From contig NC_068983.1 of assembly GCF_001194135.2 (NCBI RefSeq), positions 7,612,533 to 7,676,532 on the forward strand: DNA of 64,000 nt. The letters are read 5' to 3'. This document shows, piece after piece, positions 37,291 to 50,992 of this stretch. This stretch comes from Octopus bimaculoides (taxonomy: Eukaryota). Each line of letters opens with the position of its first letter. The first letter of the stretch is position 1. The notes under the pieces are model-generated. The model did no database searches and was not told the origin of the DNA. It was given only the letters and a program-made list of their open reading frames with translations. A program made the position numbers and the translations under genes.

Positions 37291-39408
37291 AAACTTCGGT
37301 TTATTTAATTACCTATTTTTGAGTATTAAAATTAATATTCAAAATAATTAGTAGGTAATAAACCAGTAAATTCACATAAGGGTATATATATTTTTCTTAA
37401 TCAGCTTGAACATTTATATAACTTTACAGATAAAGTATGTGTGCGTGTGTATGTGTGTGTGTGTATGAATACACATACACACACTCATACATACACACAC
37501 ACATATGAAGGTGAATCAGAAGGTAAAAATTGCATTACTTTCTGACTGATCCACTGCTTTCCAAAGATTTTGTAGTAGTTATATATATGCATAATATCTC
37601 AATAGCATTTAAGAAATCCCTGTTGCCACTTAACCTCAAGCAGACCTATGATCAACAGCATTCCAACTGTGACCAACCTCCCTTTTTAAGAGTATGTGTG
37701 ACTACATTATCTGAAGCATCCTTTCCTTATTTTTTGCATGGTAAGGTATAATTTGAGGAAAATTTAAGCACCATTTCTAGTAAGTGAGGGACCATGTAGA
37801 GACTCAACAATATCTAATGGCTGCTACTGTTTAACCCCCGGTCAATCAATCAAGAACTACGTCTGAAATCAATTCAATCCTGACCATGTTATTTTTTTTA
37901 GCTATGGCTATGTAGGACTACAATATTTAAAGTATTCTTTCTTCATTCCCAACAACATGGTGTGATCTGAGTGGGATTTAGCAGCTATTTCTAGCTGGTC
38001 AGGCAACCACGTAAAAGGTGTCCTATATTGACTCCTTGGATAACAAGTGTTCATGATGAGAGAGGATTGGACGTTTCTAGAATGAGGTTAATATTGACAA
38101 TTAACATAGTCTAAACTACTTCAAATAATGAAGTAGCACATTTAAGAAATTATTATTATTCTTGTTGTTGTTGTTGCTTCTGTCCTGTCTTTCAGTCAGC
38201 ATCAGTTATTAATACATCTAATTATAAAGTATTTAAAATATTTTTCTCTTTACAAACATCTAACAAAATGGGAACACACACACACACACACACTTAGGGG
38301 AAGAGGAAGATGGTGGGAGACAGAGAGACCTCATACAAATAAGGGGGAAAGAGAAAGTGGTAGCTACAAATACAAAACATTACAATTCAACACACATCAC
38401 ATAAAGAGACAAAATATCAACATTCATACGCACACAAGCACACATGCAGTAAGACCCAAAAGATTGATATATATAAGGACACATATGGAGACAGCAGACC
38501 CCAACAGATGAGCTCATATTACAACAAATGCACAGATAACAGAAATATATACTCTTTTACTTGTTTCAGTCATTTGACTGTGGCCATGCTGGAGCACCGC
38601 CTTTAGTCGAGCAAATCGACCCCAGAGCTTATTCTTTGTAAGCCTAGTACTTATTCTATCAGTCTCTTTTGCCGAACCGCTAAGTGTGTATATGTTTGTC
38701 CCCCCAACATCGCTTGACAACCGATTGTGGTGTGTTTACGTCCCCGTAAGTTAGCAGTTCGGCAAAAGAGACCGATAGAATAAGTACTAGGCTTACAAAG
38801 AATAAGTCCTGGGATCGATTTGCTCAACTAAAGGCAGTGCTCCAGCATGGCCGCAGTCAAATGACTGAAACAAGTAAAAGAGTAAGAAAGTAAAATGGCG
38901 AGCTGGCAGAACCGTTAGCACACCAGGCAAAATGTTTAGCAGCATTTTTGTCCATCTTTACATTTCGAGTTCAAATTCAGCCAAGGTCAACTTTGCCTTT
39001 CATTCTTTCAGGGAAATAAGTACCAGTCTGATTTGGCATGGTTTCTACAACTGGATGCCCTTCCTAACACCAACCACTCTGAGAGTATAATGGGTGATTT
39101 TATGTGCCACCGGCTCAGGTGCCATTTGCATGACTATAATTTTACTTGGCTTGATGGGGTTTTCTTCTCAAGCACAGCAATGCCAAAGGTTTCGGTCATT
39201 TGTCATTGCCTCCGTGAGGCCCAAACTTGAAAGGTGCTTTCATGTGCCACCAGCATCAGTCATCAAGAGGCTTAATGCTCAAAAGGTGCATTTTACGTGC
39301 CACCGGCATGGGTGCCATTTACATGATACCAGCACTGGCCACGACTACGATCTCTCTTCGCTTTACAGCATTGATTACAGATTTGTAGTATCGTGGCTAA
39401 CTTAGAGT

Positions 39409-39409
<1 letters not shown>

Positions 39410-39475
<66 letters not shown>

Positions 39476-39500
39476 CAATAATAACAACAATAATAACAAC
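39410..39500. repeat. (AAT/AAC)n microsatellite
   Basis: Seen directly. Confidence 0.95.
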
Positions 39501-41206
39501 GTCACTTCACACAAGAGTTGCTTCTATTCCCTGGACATCTTCAATTTTAACAATTTGTTTTATGCTTCAGTGAATGCCATGTCATGGGGGTGGGGAACTC
39601 CAACAATATCAAACCTGTAACTTGACTGAGTCCTGATTGTAACTACTTCACTATTTTAAGCTGTTATAAACTCTCTAAAATCAATAGGGCTGATCATTCA
39701 ATGATGGCAACTTGAAACAAAAGATCAGATAATTTTAATTTTACAAATTTTGCACTACTTTGCAAACTAACTTGATAGTTATTCTTTGTTTCCATGGAGA
39801 AATCAACAGAAAAAAAAAACAACTTATTTCTAGCGACATCAAGCAAATTTTCAAAACTCAGAATGTAGCAATGGACAAAATACCGCTAAGTATTTTGTCC
39901 AGTGTGCTAACGGTTCTGCCAGCTCACCACCTTATTAATGATAATGATGATGATGATGATGAAGAAGAAATAAATAGATTGGAAAAATATATTTTTAAAA
40001 ATGCATGTTATTATATTCCTTAACAAGTATGTATACCCATTTAGAAAATAAAGAGAACCATTATAAGTTTTATCAAATTAATTATTAATTATTTAACATT
40101 TTATTATTCATTACTTGTTTGTCATCAATTACATGTATAATTTATTAATAACAACTAATTATTAAATGAATAAGGAATTATTAAATGTTATTATCACTAA
40201 AATAAGTATGGAAAAAAAAAAAAATTCAGACAAATAACAGCATTTTGCAGCTCGTACAACCCTCAAATATCTCATATACAGTTTCAAGGCCACAGATTTT
40301 CCCTCACCCATCCTTTTTGCTTTCCCTGATCTAAACTAATAAATAGTTGGCATCATATATTTATTGACTAACACACACACACACACACACAAACATGCAG
40401 GAATGGGCGGGATAGTTTGTGAACATTTAGGCTGGATATTTAAGTATTGTTAGAGGAGATACGTTTAACAAACTGAATAGATGTTTTCCTATCTCCCTGG
40501 TATTTTGCTCTACAGCTGTGCTGGTTAACAAAAGTGATGGCGGCTGACAGTTATTCTCATTGTTCTAGCCCCAGGTCACCCTGATCCAGCATATATCTGT
40601 GATCAAAAATATTCCAGCTGTTATCATGCTATCTTTTATTCTTACAGTGTTATCTACCACCGCAGCATCTAATATATCTCAGTTTATTTTTTAGCTTCTG
40701 TATGTTTTTAAATGATGGAAAGGCATAATTTGAGGGTTATTTGGCTGCTATTTCTAATTTGAGGGTTATCAGGCAGATCGACCAATCTCGTATAGTCACT
40801 TCAATTTTGGATGGCAGTAGTTGGCAGGAATAAAGAAACAGATGGAGATCAAGAAAAACTGAATCAAAATAGGATGTACCAGTCATGGATTGGGGTGATT
40901 TATTTTGACAGTGTTTTTCCCCCCCAAAAATCTGTAGTCTTGTATTACACATCGTCATCATCATTTAATGTCCATTAGAATTTATTACTATTATTTGGCA
41001 AGCTGGTAAAATTGTTTTTAAGTTGGAAGTTATACTCAGACAGCATCTATGAGCTGAATGTTTGCATCAGAGTGGACTTCAAGAAAGACACCTAAAGGCC
41101 CTGAGAATGTATTAAACCTGGAAGTATTTGTTATGAGTTAGAGTCAACTCAAACTGTACAATTTCATGGCCTTTCTGTTTATTATCTGGAGTGACAGAAT
41201 CATTAA

Positions 41207-41417
41207 CCCTGTAGCATTTAAACCAGCCATATCCAGCCCAAATAGTCAACCTGTTTTACGCTCAAAACAGTCACACCAACCTTGCAATATCATTCTAAAA
41301 ATAAGCAATCGCATCATTGAAATTAATTGTGCATTATCTCAATTAATGCACAATTAATTCAAAACAATTTGAATTAATAAGTAGTAAATTTGACAAAATT
41401 ATCTGAATGCTAAAGGA
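41207..41417. mobile_element. piggyBac-type MITE, second family
   Basis: TTAA flanks; ends CCCTGTAGCATT / AATGCTAAAGGA; partial copy near 44803-44860. Confidence 0.75.
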
Positions 41418-41514
41418 TTAAAATTGGACAACATATTTGCAGTAATTACTTTGGTTCTTTGTGTTCTAAGTTCGAACACTATTGAGGTCAATTATGTCTT
41501 TCATTCCTCTAGGG

Positions 41515-41801
41515 CAGGGATTCTCAACCATTTTTCATCTATAGACCCGTTTTGATTACTATTTTATTCTGGTGGATCCCCATAGCCATTCGATATTTAT
41601 CACACATTTACTTGTGTAGGTTGAACAATGTAAAATGTTAAAGAAAGCAACCTAGCTGTTTCTTGCAATGTATACCAATATAAACATCTAAAACAAATTT
41701 TTTTCAGGGGCCCTTAAAATAGTATTGTGGATCCCCAATTTACTGCTTTGTTGCATGGACCCCACCCAAAATCTTATATGGACCCTAGTTGAGAACCACT
41801 A
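41515..41801. mobile_element. hAT-type MITE inserted in a degenerate SINE
   Basis: Ends CAGGGATTCTCAAC / GTTGAGAACCACTA; TSD CTCTAGGG / CTCTAAGG (7/8); internal similarity to 58357-58616. Confidence 0.8.
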
Positions 41802-42471
41802 CTCTAAGGTCAATAAAATAAAGTAACATTCAAGTAGTGGAGTTCATTTAGCTGAAATATCTCTCCCACCCAAATTGCAGGCCTTGTGCCTATATTAAAA
41901 ACAATTATTATTATTAAAGTGGCAAACTGGCAGAATCAGTACAGTATCAGACAAAATGCTTAGTGCGTGTACGTTTCTATGTGTATGTGTGTGTGTGTGT
42001 GTGCGTGTGTGCGTGCGTGCGCGCGTGTGTGTTTGCCTTCAGCACCAAAAAGTACTACCACCAGAACTGGTCAAATGTCGAATCAGCTGTGCCGAATCAT
42101 TAGCATCCAAACAGCTGTACCTAATCTTCTCGTTCTAATATATAGAAACTAGCTGAGAAAAATGGATGTAAAATGAATGAATAGATAAACAATATATATA
42201 CAACAAGCTTCTATATAGTTTCCACCTGCCAAATTTTACTTATAAAGCTTTGATCGGCCAGAAAGCAATTGAAACAGAGTACCAAACAATAAGATAGAAT
42301 CAAAGAACTACTTGATTCCAAACTGAACTTCTTAACCACATCATCATACCTGCAGTATTATTGTTTTTGTTGTTTGAGTACGGTATTGATTCTGATGGTT
42401 ATACATCTTTCTCTTCAAATTTGTGGCCTTGTGCCAAAATTAGAAATCATTATTAGTGTTGTTGTTGGCCA

Positions 42472-42507
<36 letters not shown>

Positions 42508-43701
42508 CATCATTACTGCTGTTGTTGCCAGTAATGGAATCTACACCAGAGCTAACCAACAGGAAATTGCTACTGGTAAGTTACAGCGAATTTACTACTG
42601 CAAGACGATTAGTCACCAAGAAAGCTATTATATATATACATACATACATTTATATATATATATACACACACACACGATGCAGAGAGTGAAGGTTGTTGAA
42701 GAATTTAAAGGTAAGGAAGTAACTGATGGGTGGAGAAAAATAAATGGATGAAAATAGGAAGGGGAAATGAAGAAGTTACAGAAGAGAAAGGAAGTCAAGC
42801 ATTTTAAGACTAAATATTAAATCCATCCATGGCTGTCCCTATCAAGAGCCTTGTCCCTTAATAAAGAAAATTGTGTACCTATGTGAATATATATATAAGA
42901 ATATATACGAGTTGATGTATGAATATAATTTTTTTTTTTTTTACTTGTTTCTGTCAACTGACTGGCCATGCTGGTGCACTGCCTTAAAGAGTTTTACTCA
43001 AAGAAACCAAACCCAAGACTTATTCTTTGTAAGTCTAGTACTCATTCTATCGGTCTCTTTTGCTAAGTTACAAGGATATAAACAAACCAGCATCGGTTGT
43101 CAAGCGATGGTTGTGGCAACAAACACAAACACACACATGACGGGATTCTTTCAGTTTTCATCTACCAAATCCACTTACAAAGCTTTGGTTAGCCTGGGGT
43201 TATAGTAGAAGACACTTGACCAAGGTGCCATGCAACAGGACTGAACCCAGAAGCATGTGGTTGGGAAGCAAGCCTCTTACCACACAGCCATGGATGCATG
43301 TATGCATGCAAGTTTGAGTGTGTATACGTGAGTTAGTGTGCACTAAAGTGTATATATGTATGAAAGTGTGGGTGTGAGTGCATGTGTAAGAGGGTTTCTA
43401 TGTGCATACATGAAGGTGTATATTTTAAGTGTTTGCATGTATACATGACTTGGGGGTGTACATGTATGGCTGATTGCATGGCTGATTATTTTAATGTACA
43501 AATGGTTGGCGTTAGGAAGGGCATCCNNNNNNNNNNGTTAAACGATGATGATGATGATGATGATGTATGTATTTGTGAGATTTCACCCATGTACACACAG
43601 GTACCTGTGTGCCAGCATATGACCTGGTGTGCAGGTATGTGTGCGAATGCAAGTTATGGGTTCATAGATGTTTGTGTAGATGGATATGTTTGTGTATACG
43701 A

Positions 43702-43743
<42 letters not shown>

Positions 43744-44235
43744 NNNNNNNNNNNNNNNNNNNNNNNNNNNNNNNNNNNNNNNNNNNNNNNNNNNNNNNNN
43801 NNNNNNNNNNNNNNNNNNNNNNNNNNNNNNNNNNNNNNNNNNNNNNNNNNNNNNNNNNNNNNNNNNNNNNNNNNNNNNNNNNNNNNNNNNNNNNNNNNNN
43901 NNNNNNNNNNNNNNNNNNNNNNNNNNNNNNNNNNNNNNNNNNNNNNNNNNNNNNNNNNNNNNNNNNNNNNNNNNNNNNNNNNNNNNNNNNNNNNNNNNNN
44001 NNNNNNNNNNNNNNNNNNNNNNNNNNNNNNNNNNNNNNNNNNNNNNNNNNNNNNNNNNNNNNNNNNNNNNNNNNNNNNNNNNNNNNNNNNNNNNNNNNNN
44101 NNNNNNNNNNNNNNNNNNNNNNNNNNNNNNNNNNNNNNNNNNNNNNNNNNNNNNNNNNNNNNNNNNNNNNNNNNNNNNNNNNNNNNNNNNNNNNNNNNNN
44201 NNNNNNNNNNNNNNNNNNNNNNNNNNNNNNNNNNN

Positions 44236-44290
<55 letters not shown>

Positions 44291-45164
44291 TAGCAACCAA
44301 AGATCTTCATTACATAAAAATAAGAACACATGTTGTCCTCTATAGGCCTTCTATATCCATTAAACCTTTCTTCAAAGAGAACAGATTGTGGTTTGAGGGA
44401 GAACTGACTGTTATTTCTAACAGATTATGTGATAAAATGGAGACTCCACAATTGGCTCATACACATAAGATTGGTATGACTAATCATTCATTATTAATGC
44501 TCACTCTATAGTCAAGGGTCAACTCAAAACTTTCTCCTGGTTGTCTAATTAGCTTACTTTAGTGATAATGCTTATACATAACTATGGTGACAACCCAATT
44601 ATCTTCGAAAATAATATAGGTAACCGTGGTAATTGATTATTGACAATGATAACATGTAACATGTACAACTTTCCCACATTTGCAAAAGGAGAAGTGGAGT
44701 ATAATTTATTAAATATAATTTATTAAATCAACCCCACTAATTCTCTGATAATTTTATTTTATTGATAAGTTGCTCAAATGATCCAGTCGAATCACCACCT
44801 GTAACCCTTTAGCATTCAGATTATTCTGTCAAATCTAATGCTTATTTATTCACCTTGTTTTGGATTAACCATGGATTAGCTTGTAGCTTTGAGATTTAGA
44901 TGATGTGATCACCAAGTGCATAGTTAATACTTTGGAGAAATTAAGATAAGCACAAGCTTGTATTATCAGTTCCTATGTACATGTCACCATTTTGGTTACT
45001 TGGAACCAAGCACTGGGTGTTTCAAGTGTATATGGATGCTTCACCAAAACAGATCTTCAGGAAACAATTATTGCAATGAGTTACAGAGAACTAATGCCAA
45101 GAATTGGGTGTGAATATGGTGTCTGATTAACTCTGGTTATAACACTTCAAACTCTCTTTCTCTT

Positions 45165-45560
45165 TTTCTACTCTTTTACTTGTTTCAGTCATTTGACTGT
45201 GGCCATGCTGGAGTACCGCCTTTAGTCGAGCAAATCGACCCCAGGACTTATTCTTTGTAAGCCTAGTACTTATTCTATCGGTCACCTTTTGCCGAACCGC
45301 TAAGTTACGGCTATCAGGCGATGTTGTGGGGACAAACACAGATACACAAACATATACACACACACATACATATATATATAAATACATATATACGACGGGC
45401 TTCTTTCAGTTTCCGTCTACCAAATCCACTCACAAGGCTTTGGTCAGCCTGAGGCTATAGTAGAAGACACTTGCCGAAGGTGCCAGGCAGTGGGACTGAA
45501 CCTGGAACCATGTGGTTCATAAGCAAACTACTTACCACACAGCCACTCCTACGCCTATAA
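45165..45560 (-). mobile_element. SINE family A, full-length copy
   Basis: Reverse complement of the 22031-22478 layout from head to tail. Confidence 0.85.
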
Positions 45561-46121
45561 AGATAATTTTTTTTTTTTTTTGATTTTGTATGTCTTAAAG
45601 GAGTTCGGTCAAATGGCTAAGAATTTTGTTTCACAACCATGAAGTGGGTTTGATTCCACAGTGTTACATTTTGGGCAGTGTGGCATACTGGGCCAATCCA
45701 TACCTTGTGAGTGAAATTGGGTAGATGGAAAATATATAGGTACAATCAGGTGGAATGGCATCTATAACTAAAAAGTTATAGCCTCATCACACACTATGCC
45801 AAGCTGATTCAGCCATAGATCTATTTCAAGGGCACACATGTTTGTGAAATACTCAGCCACTTATATGTTAATTCAGTATATCAAACAACTAAATCCTTAT
45901 CATTAAACAACAGGGATCCACCTCAGACAGAGAAATACCATTGGCCCTTTTCAGGGCCTCCCAAATTGATGGGCTGAAAGAAGGAAGATATCTTCAGGCC
46001 AGACACTTGGCACAAACGCTTACAGCAGAGTGGATTTCATTGGTGTCACATAAAAAAGCACCCATGCTGTGCCACATAAAGAGCACCCAGTGGTTGGCAT
46101 TAGGAAGGGCATCCAGCTCTT

Positions 46122-46354
46122 ATTTCTTTATTGCCCACAAGGGGCTAAACATAGAGGGGACAAACAAGGACAGACAAAGGGATTAAGTCGATTACATCGA
46201 TCCCAGTGCGTAAATGGTACTTAATTTATCAACCCCGAAAGGAGGAAAGGCAAAGTCGACCTTGGCGGAATTTTGAACTCAGAACGTAATGGCAGACGGA
46301 ATACCGCTAAGCATTTCGCCTGGCGGGGTAACGTTTCTGCCAGCTCGCCGCCTT
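46122..46354 (-). mobile_element. SINE family B with alternative tail (B2), 17-bp TSD
   Basis: TSD AAGGGCATCCAGCTCTT at 46105-46121 and 46355-46371. Same tail at about 8566, 17150 and 56648. Confidence 0.9.
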
Positions 46355-46859
46355 AAGGGCATCCAGCTCTTACCATACTGTCCAACCCAAGCCAGCATGG
46401 AAAATAGACATTAAATGATGATGAAGACGATAATGATGATGTACCCTATGAGTTACACTCTCTATATCAGGGATGGTCAAGTTGCTTGATAAGAAGAGCT
46501 ACAAATGATATTTTTTCACATTCCAGCTGCAACATATATCTTAAGTTATAGTTATAAATAAGCAAATATATCATTACATTGTTTTACTCCTTAAAGTATA
46601 CACAGTTTTCATTCTTGCAGTTAGTACTTCAAAATCTAACTGACAATATGTTAAAACAATTTCAGGGAAAATAATACTAAATAACATGATATTGTCTTAG
46701 CATTAGGAAGAACCTCCAGCTGTAAAAACCATGTCAAAAACAGATACTCAAACTGTCCAAACTATACCAACATAGAAGCTGTACATTGAAAGATGATGAT
46801 GATGATGAGATGCATATGATTGAAGGAATTTATTTTGCAAGATTCCCGATGTGTAAGAT

Positions 46860-47040
46860 GAACCCACAGGTTAACTGCAAGATTAGGAACGTAGTCTATA
46901 ACATAGGGTGTATTGAAGGACGGTGCAGAAACAAGACATTCGGGAGATGGAATATAGCACAGGGGAGCAGATAGGTGAACACTGGCAGGAGCTCAAAAAG
47001 GAGAAAAGCTCACCAGTGATCTACCAACATGCTCAGTTAT
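46860..47040 (+). mobile_element. Possible decayed GIY-YIG (Penelope-like) endonuclease fragment
   Basis: CKIRNVVYNIGC followed in another frame by GEQIGEHWQELKKEKSSPVIYQH. The YIG triplet is not intact. Confidence 0.3.
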
Positions 47041-47723
47041 AACATAGATACTCAGTAAATAACACATGTTAAGGTATTATCAATGCATAAAACAGACACA
47101 ACACTTAGACAGATTACAGAGGCTATACACATAGTTATAGACAGATTGAGCTTCAACAGAGAACATGAATGGAACAATAACATCCACCACCACCACCATA
47201 CTATACAACATGACAACTAAAGACAGAATGGGAGAGAGAAAAAACAAATGAGACACAGATACAAACAACATAATACATAAACCCATATACACACAAAAGA
47301 TACACATATGCATAAAAAATAGAGAGATAAATAAGTAAAAAAAAAAAAAAAATAAATGAAGGGATGGGTACAATAAGCAAACCCATATATACACACACAC
47401 ACACACAAAACAGAGACGCATAAACACATGTACACGCACACACAGATGCAAATGTATGCATAGATAAGGATACACACCACAAAGACGCAATGGACTAAAC
47501 AGAACAGGAGGAAACACGTGGGTGGAGAGTAGCTGAAGAGGTCACAGGATGTGTGACAAAAGATTCCCAGATAATGGACATAAAATAAGAACAATAATAA
47601 ACAAATGGAAAACAAATATATAGTGCATGTGTTTATTTAGCAAGAAAGAAAAATGACCATCCCGAAATATAACTACATGCACACACTCATACAGATGTGT
47701 ATGTATGTGTATGTGTGTGTGTT

Positions 47724-47755
<32 letters not shown>

Positions 47756-47816
47756 AATAAAAATAAAGAAAATTAAAAAAACAGGTTTGTGTGAAAGTGT
47801 ATAGAGGAATATATTA

Positions 47817-48122
47817 TTCAAAAGAGTTCCAACTCTGTCTGTTTATTTATATTCTTATAAAATTAATGAGATATAGAATATGGAATATATAACATAGATA
47901 GTAAAATGAAATGAAGTATTGAATGTCTTATTGAATAAATGAAATATTGAATATTAAATATATATGGACTAAATACTCAATATTTCATTTATTCAATAAG
48001 ACATTCAATACTTCATTTCATTTTACTATTTATGTTATATATTCCATATTCTATATCCCACATTAACTTTATAAGAATATAAATAAAACATAAAAAACAG
48101 ACAGAGCTGGAACTCTTTTGAA
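47817..48122. repeat. Long near-perfect palindrome (~140-bp arms, 16-nt loop)
   Basis: 47817-47955 is the reverse complement of 47972-48122 with a few substitutions and a ~10-nt indel; abuts an N gap. Confidence 0.92.
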
Positions 48123-48342
48123 NNNNNNNNNNNNNNNNNNNNNNNNNNNNNNNNNNNNNNNNNNNNNNNNNNNNNNNNNNNNNNNNNNNNNNNNNNNNNN
48201 NNNNNNNNNNNNNNNNNNNNNNNNNNNNNNNNNNNNNNNNNNNNNNNNNNNNNNNNNNNNNNNNNNNNNNNNNNNNNNNNNNNNNNNNNNNNNNNNNNNN
48301 NNNNNNNNNNNNNNNNNNNNNNNNNNNNNNNNNNNNNNNNNN

Positions 48343-48377
<35 letters not shown>

Positions 48378-50061
48378 GTGAGTATATGTTTGTGTGTCTG
48401 TGTTTGTCCCCCCAACATTGCTTGACAACCAATGCTGGTGTGTTTACGTCCCCGTAACTTAGCGGTTCGGCAAAATAGGCCAACAGAATAAGTACTAGGC
48501 TTACAAAGAATAAGTCCTGGGGGCGATTTGCTCGACTACAAATGCGGTGCTCCAGCATGGCCACAGTCAAATGACTGAAATAAGTAAAAGAGTAAAAAGA
48601 GTAAACCTGGAAGCTTGATAAGCTGATATGTGGGTTCAATTCTAGCCTGAGTTAGCTCATCATTTTTCAGTTAATTGTTTAGACAATGTCGCTTTAATAT
48701 CGGAGTATATATATATTATTATTATTATGATGATATATAATTATATAGTTATTATTGTATATAAGATGGACGTTAAACTATGATGATGATTCATACATAC
48801 ACACATGCATGCATACATACCCACATATATATATACACACACACACACATATAAAGAAGATAGAAAATATTGCTGCACCCTTCAAATACACAGAGCTCTT
48901 ATGACAACTTACACCCAATTAGTTCTGTGAATTCACTGGTGTTTCATGGGCAGTCTGGGATTGATGCCAGCACTTTGTAATAGCCTGGCTACCAATGAGG
49001 CTCCAGTAATGCGGAGAATTTGAATTTAGTTCACAAAGAATTGGAACAAAGACTGCAAAATCATCGTATTTAACCTAACTAAAATTGTGTTTGACTCTTC
49101 TTATAACAGTGCCACTTGTGACATCCTGGCTGTATAAAACACCACTGTTACAAGTATTTTATTTCTTTTTCCCTCTCTCTCTCGCTTTTTTACTCAGTTG
49201 TCAACAACCTAAAATAAACAATCTGATGACAGAGCTATGATGTGGTCATTTATTTGCTGGAAACAGCAACCAAATCTTCCTCAATTCTCACCCTCCTGTC
49301 CTGAAGAAAGATTGAAACACAGTACAATGTAGTTTCTGACATATACAAAGACAGGAATGGTTATAGCTAGAAAGCTTTGATTAAATCTGCCTTCAACTAA
49401 AAAACAACTTTGAATAAAGTATCAAAAGAGTTATTTATTTAGCATGGAAAGAAAAAAAAAACTAAGTGAAAAACAAACGAGGTATATTAGGTTTACACAC
49501 AAAAAAATTGTAAGAAGTGTATTACATTTCAAACATACACTCTCCTACAGAAAGAGCAGTTAAGGAGAGAAAAAAAATCAAACATGTTTCAATTAGACAG
49601 TCACCATGTGTTAGAATGGTTTATTTACCAGGTAGTGTTAATTATTATTACTTACAAAGGTGGGGAGCTGGCAGAATTGTTAGCAAGCTGGACCAAATGT
49701 TAAGAAGCATTTTTCCCCACCTCTTTACATTCTGAGTTAAAATGTCCTGGAGGTTGACTTTGCCTTTCATCCTCTCAGGGGTCGATAAATTAAGTACCAG
49801 TGAAACACTGGGATTTGAAGCCGGTTGGACGCTCCCATAATGAAAGGAGTTAATAGTAGTCAGTAGTAGAAGTGGTGGCAGTGGTGGTGGTGTAGTGGTG
49901 GTGGTAATGACTATCATACAAGAGATATGAATACAGGTTGTTAGTTTTTTTCTGGAGACAGCACCATTAGTGGTGGTGGTGGTAGTGGTGATAATTGTCA
50001 AACTAGAGATACTAATACAGGTTGTTAGTACTGGCAACAGCACCAGTAGTAGTAGTAGTAA

Positions 50062-50108
<47 letters not shown>

Positions 50109-50118
50109 TGCAGCCTCA

Positions 50119-50745
50119 CTATCCAGAACTGAAAAACAAAAATGGCTGAATGTGTGAGGAGAAAACATGGTTATTTTGTAACCACTCTGAATGTAAAGTT
50201 ACAAGAAGAAGAAAAAAAATAATGTCAAAAGAAGCTTTGGAGCTAATCAATCTTTCCAATTTTCAAATGGGTGGTGCCTGAGATTCTTGGGAAGGCAAAT
50301 CTTTGGCTCTACGTCAGAAAAGAAAAATTTCACAGAAGCTCTGCTCTGATATGGATGATAAGATTTGTGCAGTTTCAAAGTTTATAAGTAAAACTATGAA
50401 AGAGGCATGATTTTGAACTGAGTCAAATAGGGAACATGAATGAAGCACGATTGTTTTATGACACAGTATAGCACAGAATATGAGATAAAATAGGAAGTAA
50501 AACCATCTACAGGGCGTGAAAATGGAAACTCCCTCCACGTTTATGGCAATTTTTTAAGTAATCTGGTTGATGGGGACAAAGCAAACGAACGCCATGCTTA
50601 TTTTTGAAAGAAAGACAATTTAGAAAGAGTAAAAAAATTTCTTTCTGAAGTTACCATTTGCGGTCATCCTAAAAACTTGATGAATGGAGAGAAGATAGGT
50701 TAATGGCGATGAGAAGTCGGAGATAAATGACCTGGTGCACTTTTA
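50119..50745 (+). mobile_element. Decayed pogo/Tigger-type transposase (CENP-B-like HTH plus start of DDE domain)
   Basis: Across frameshifts: YPEL..MAECV, FSNGWCLRF, LALRQKRKISQKL, DFELSQIGNMNE, STGRE, DGTK..MLIFERKT, GHPK..M, PGAL. Confidence 0.75.
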
Positions 50746-50907
50746 ACCCTTTTCAATGCTAGCATGAGTTGAGCTCATAAAGATGGAGGACTGTGTCATG
50801 ATCCAGTGTCTGCTTTGGCAAGGTTTCTACAGCTGGATGTATTTCCTTTTGCCAACCACTTTACAAAGTGAACTGGGTACTTTGTTCGTACCACCAGTCT
50901 TTTATGC

Positions 50908-50950
<43 letters not shown>

Positions 50951-50960
50951 NNNNNNNNNN

Positions 50961-50992
<32 letters not shown>

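Noticed and set aside
44996-45050. LKHPVLGSK with a phase-2 GT as possible LTA4H exon 2
   Set aside because: The upstream frame is closed by a stop, and it lacks LDT and the expected length.
46590-46672. PEIVLTYCQLDFE as possible LTA4H exon 1
   Set aside because: Spacing does not fit HLxLxxxVDF, there is no DPxS or start context, and the donor phase is wrong.
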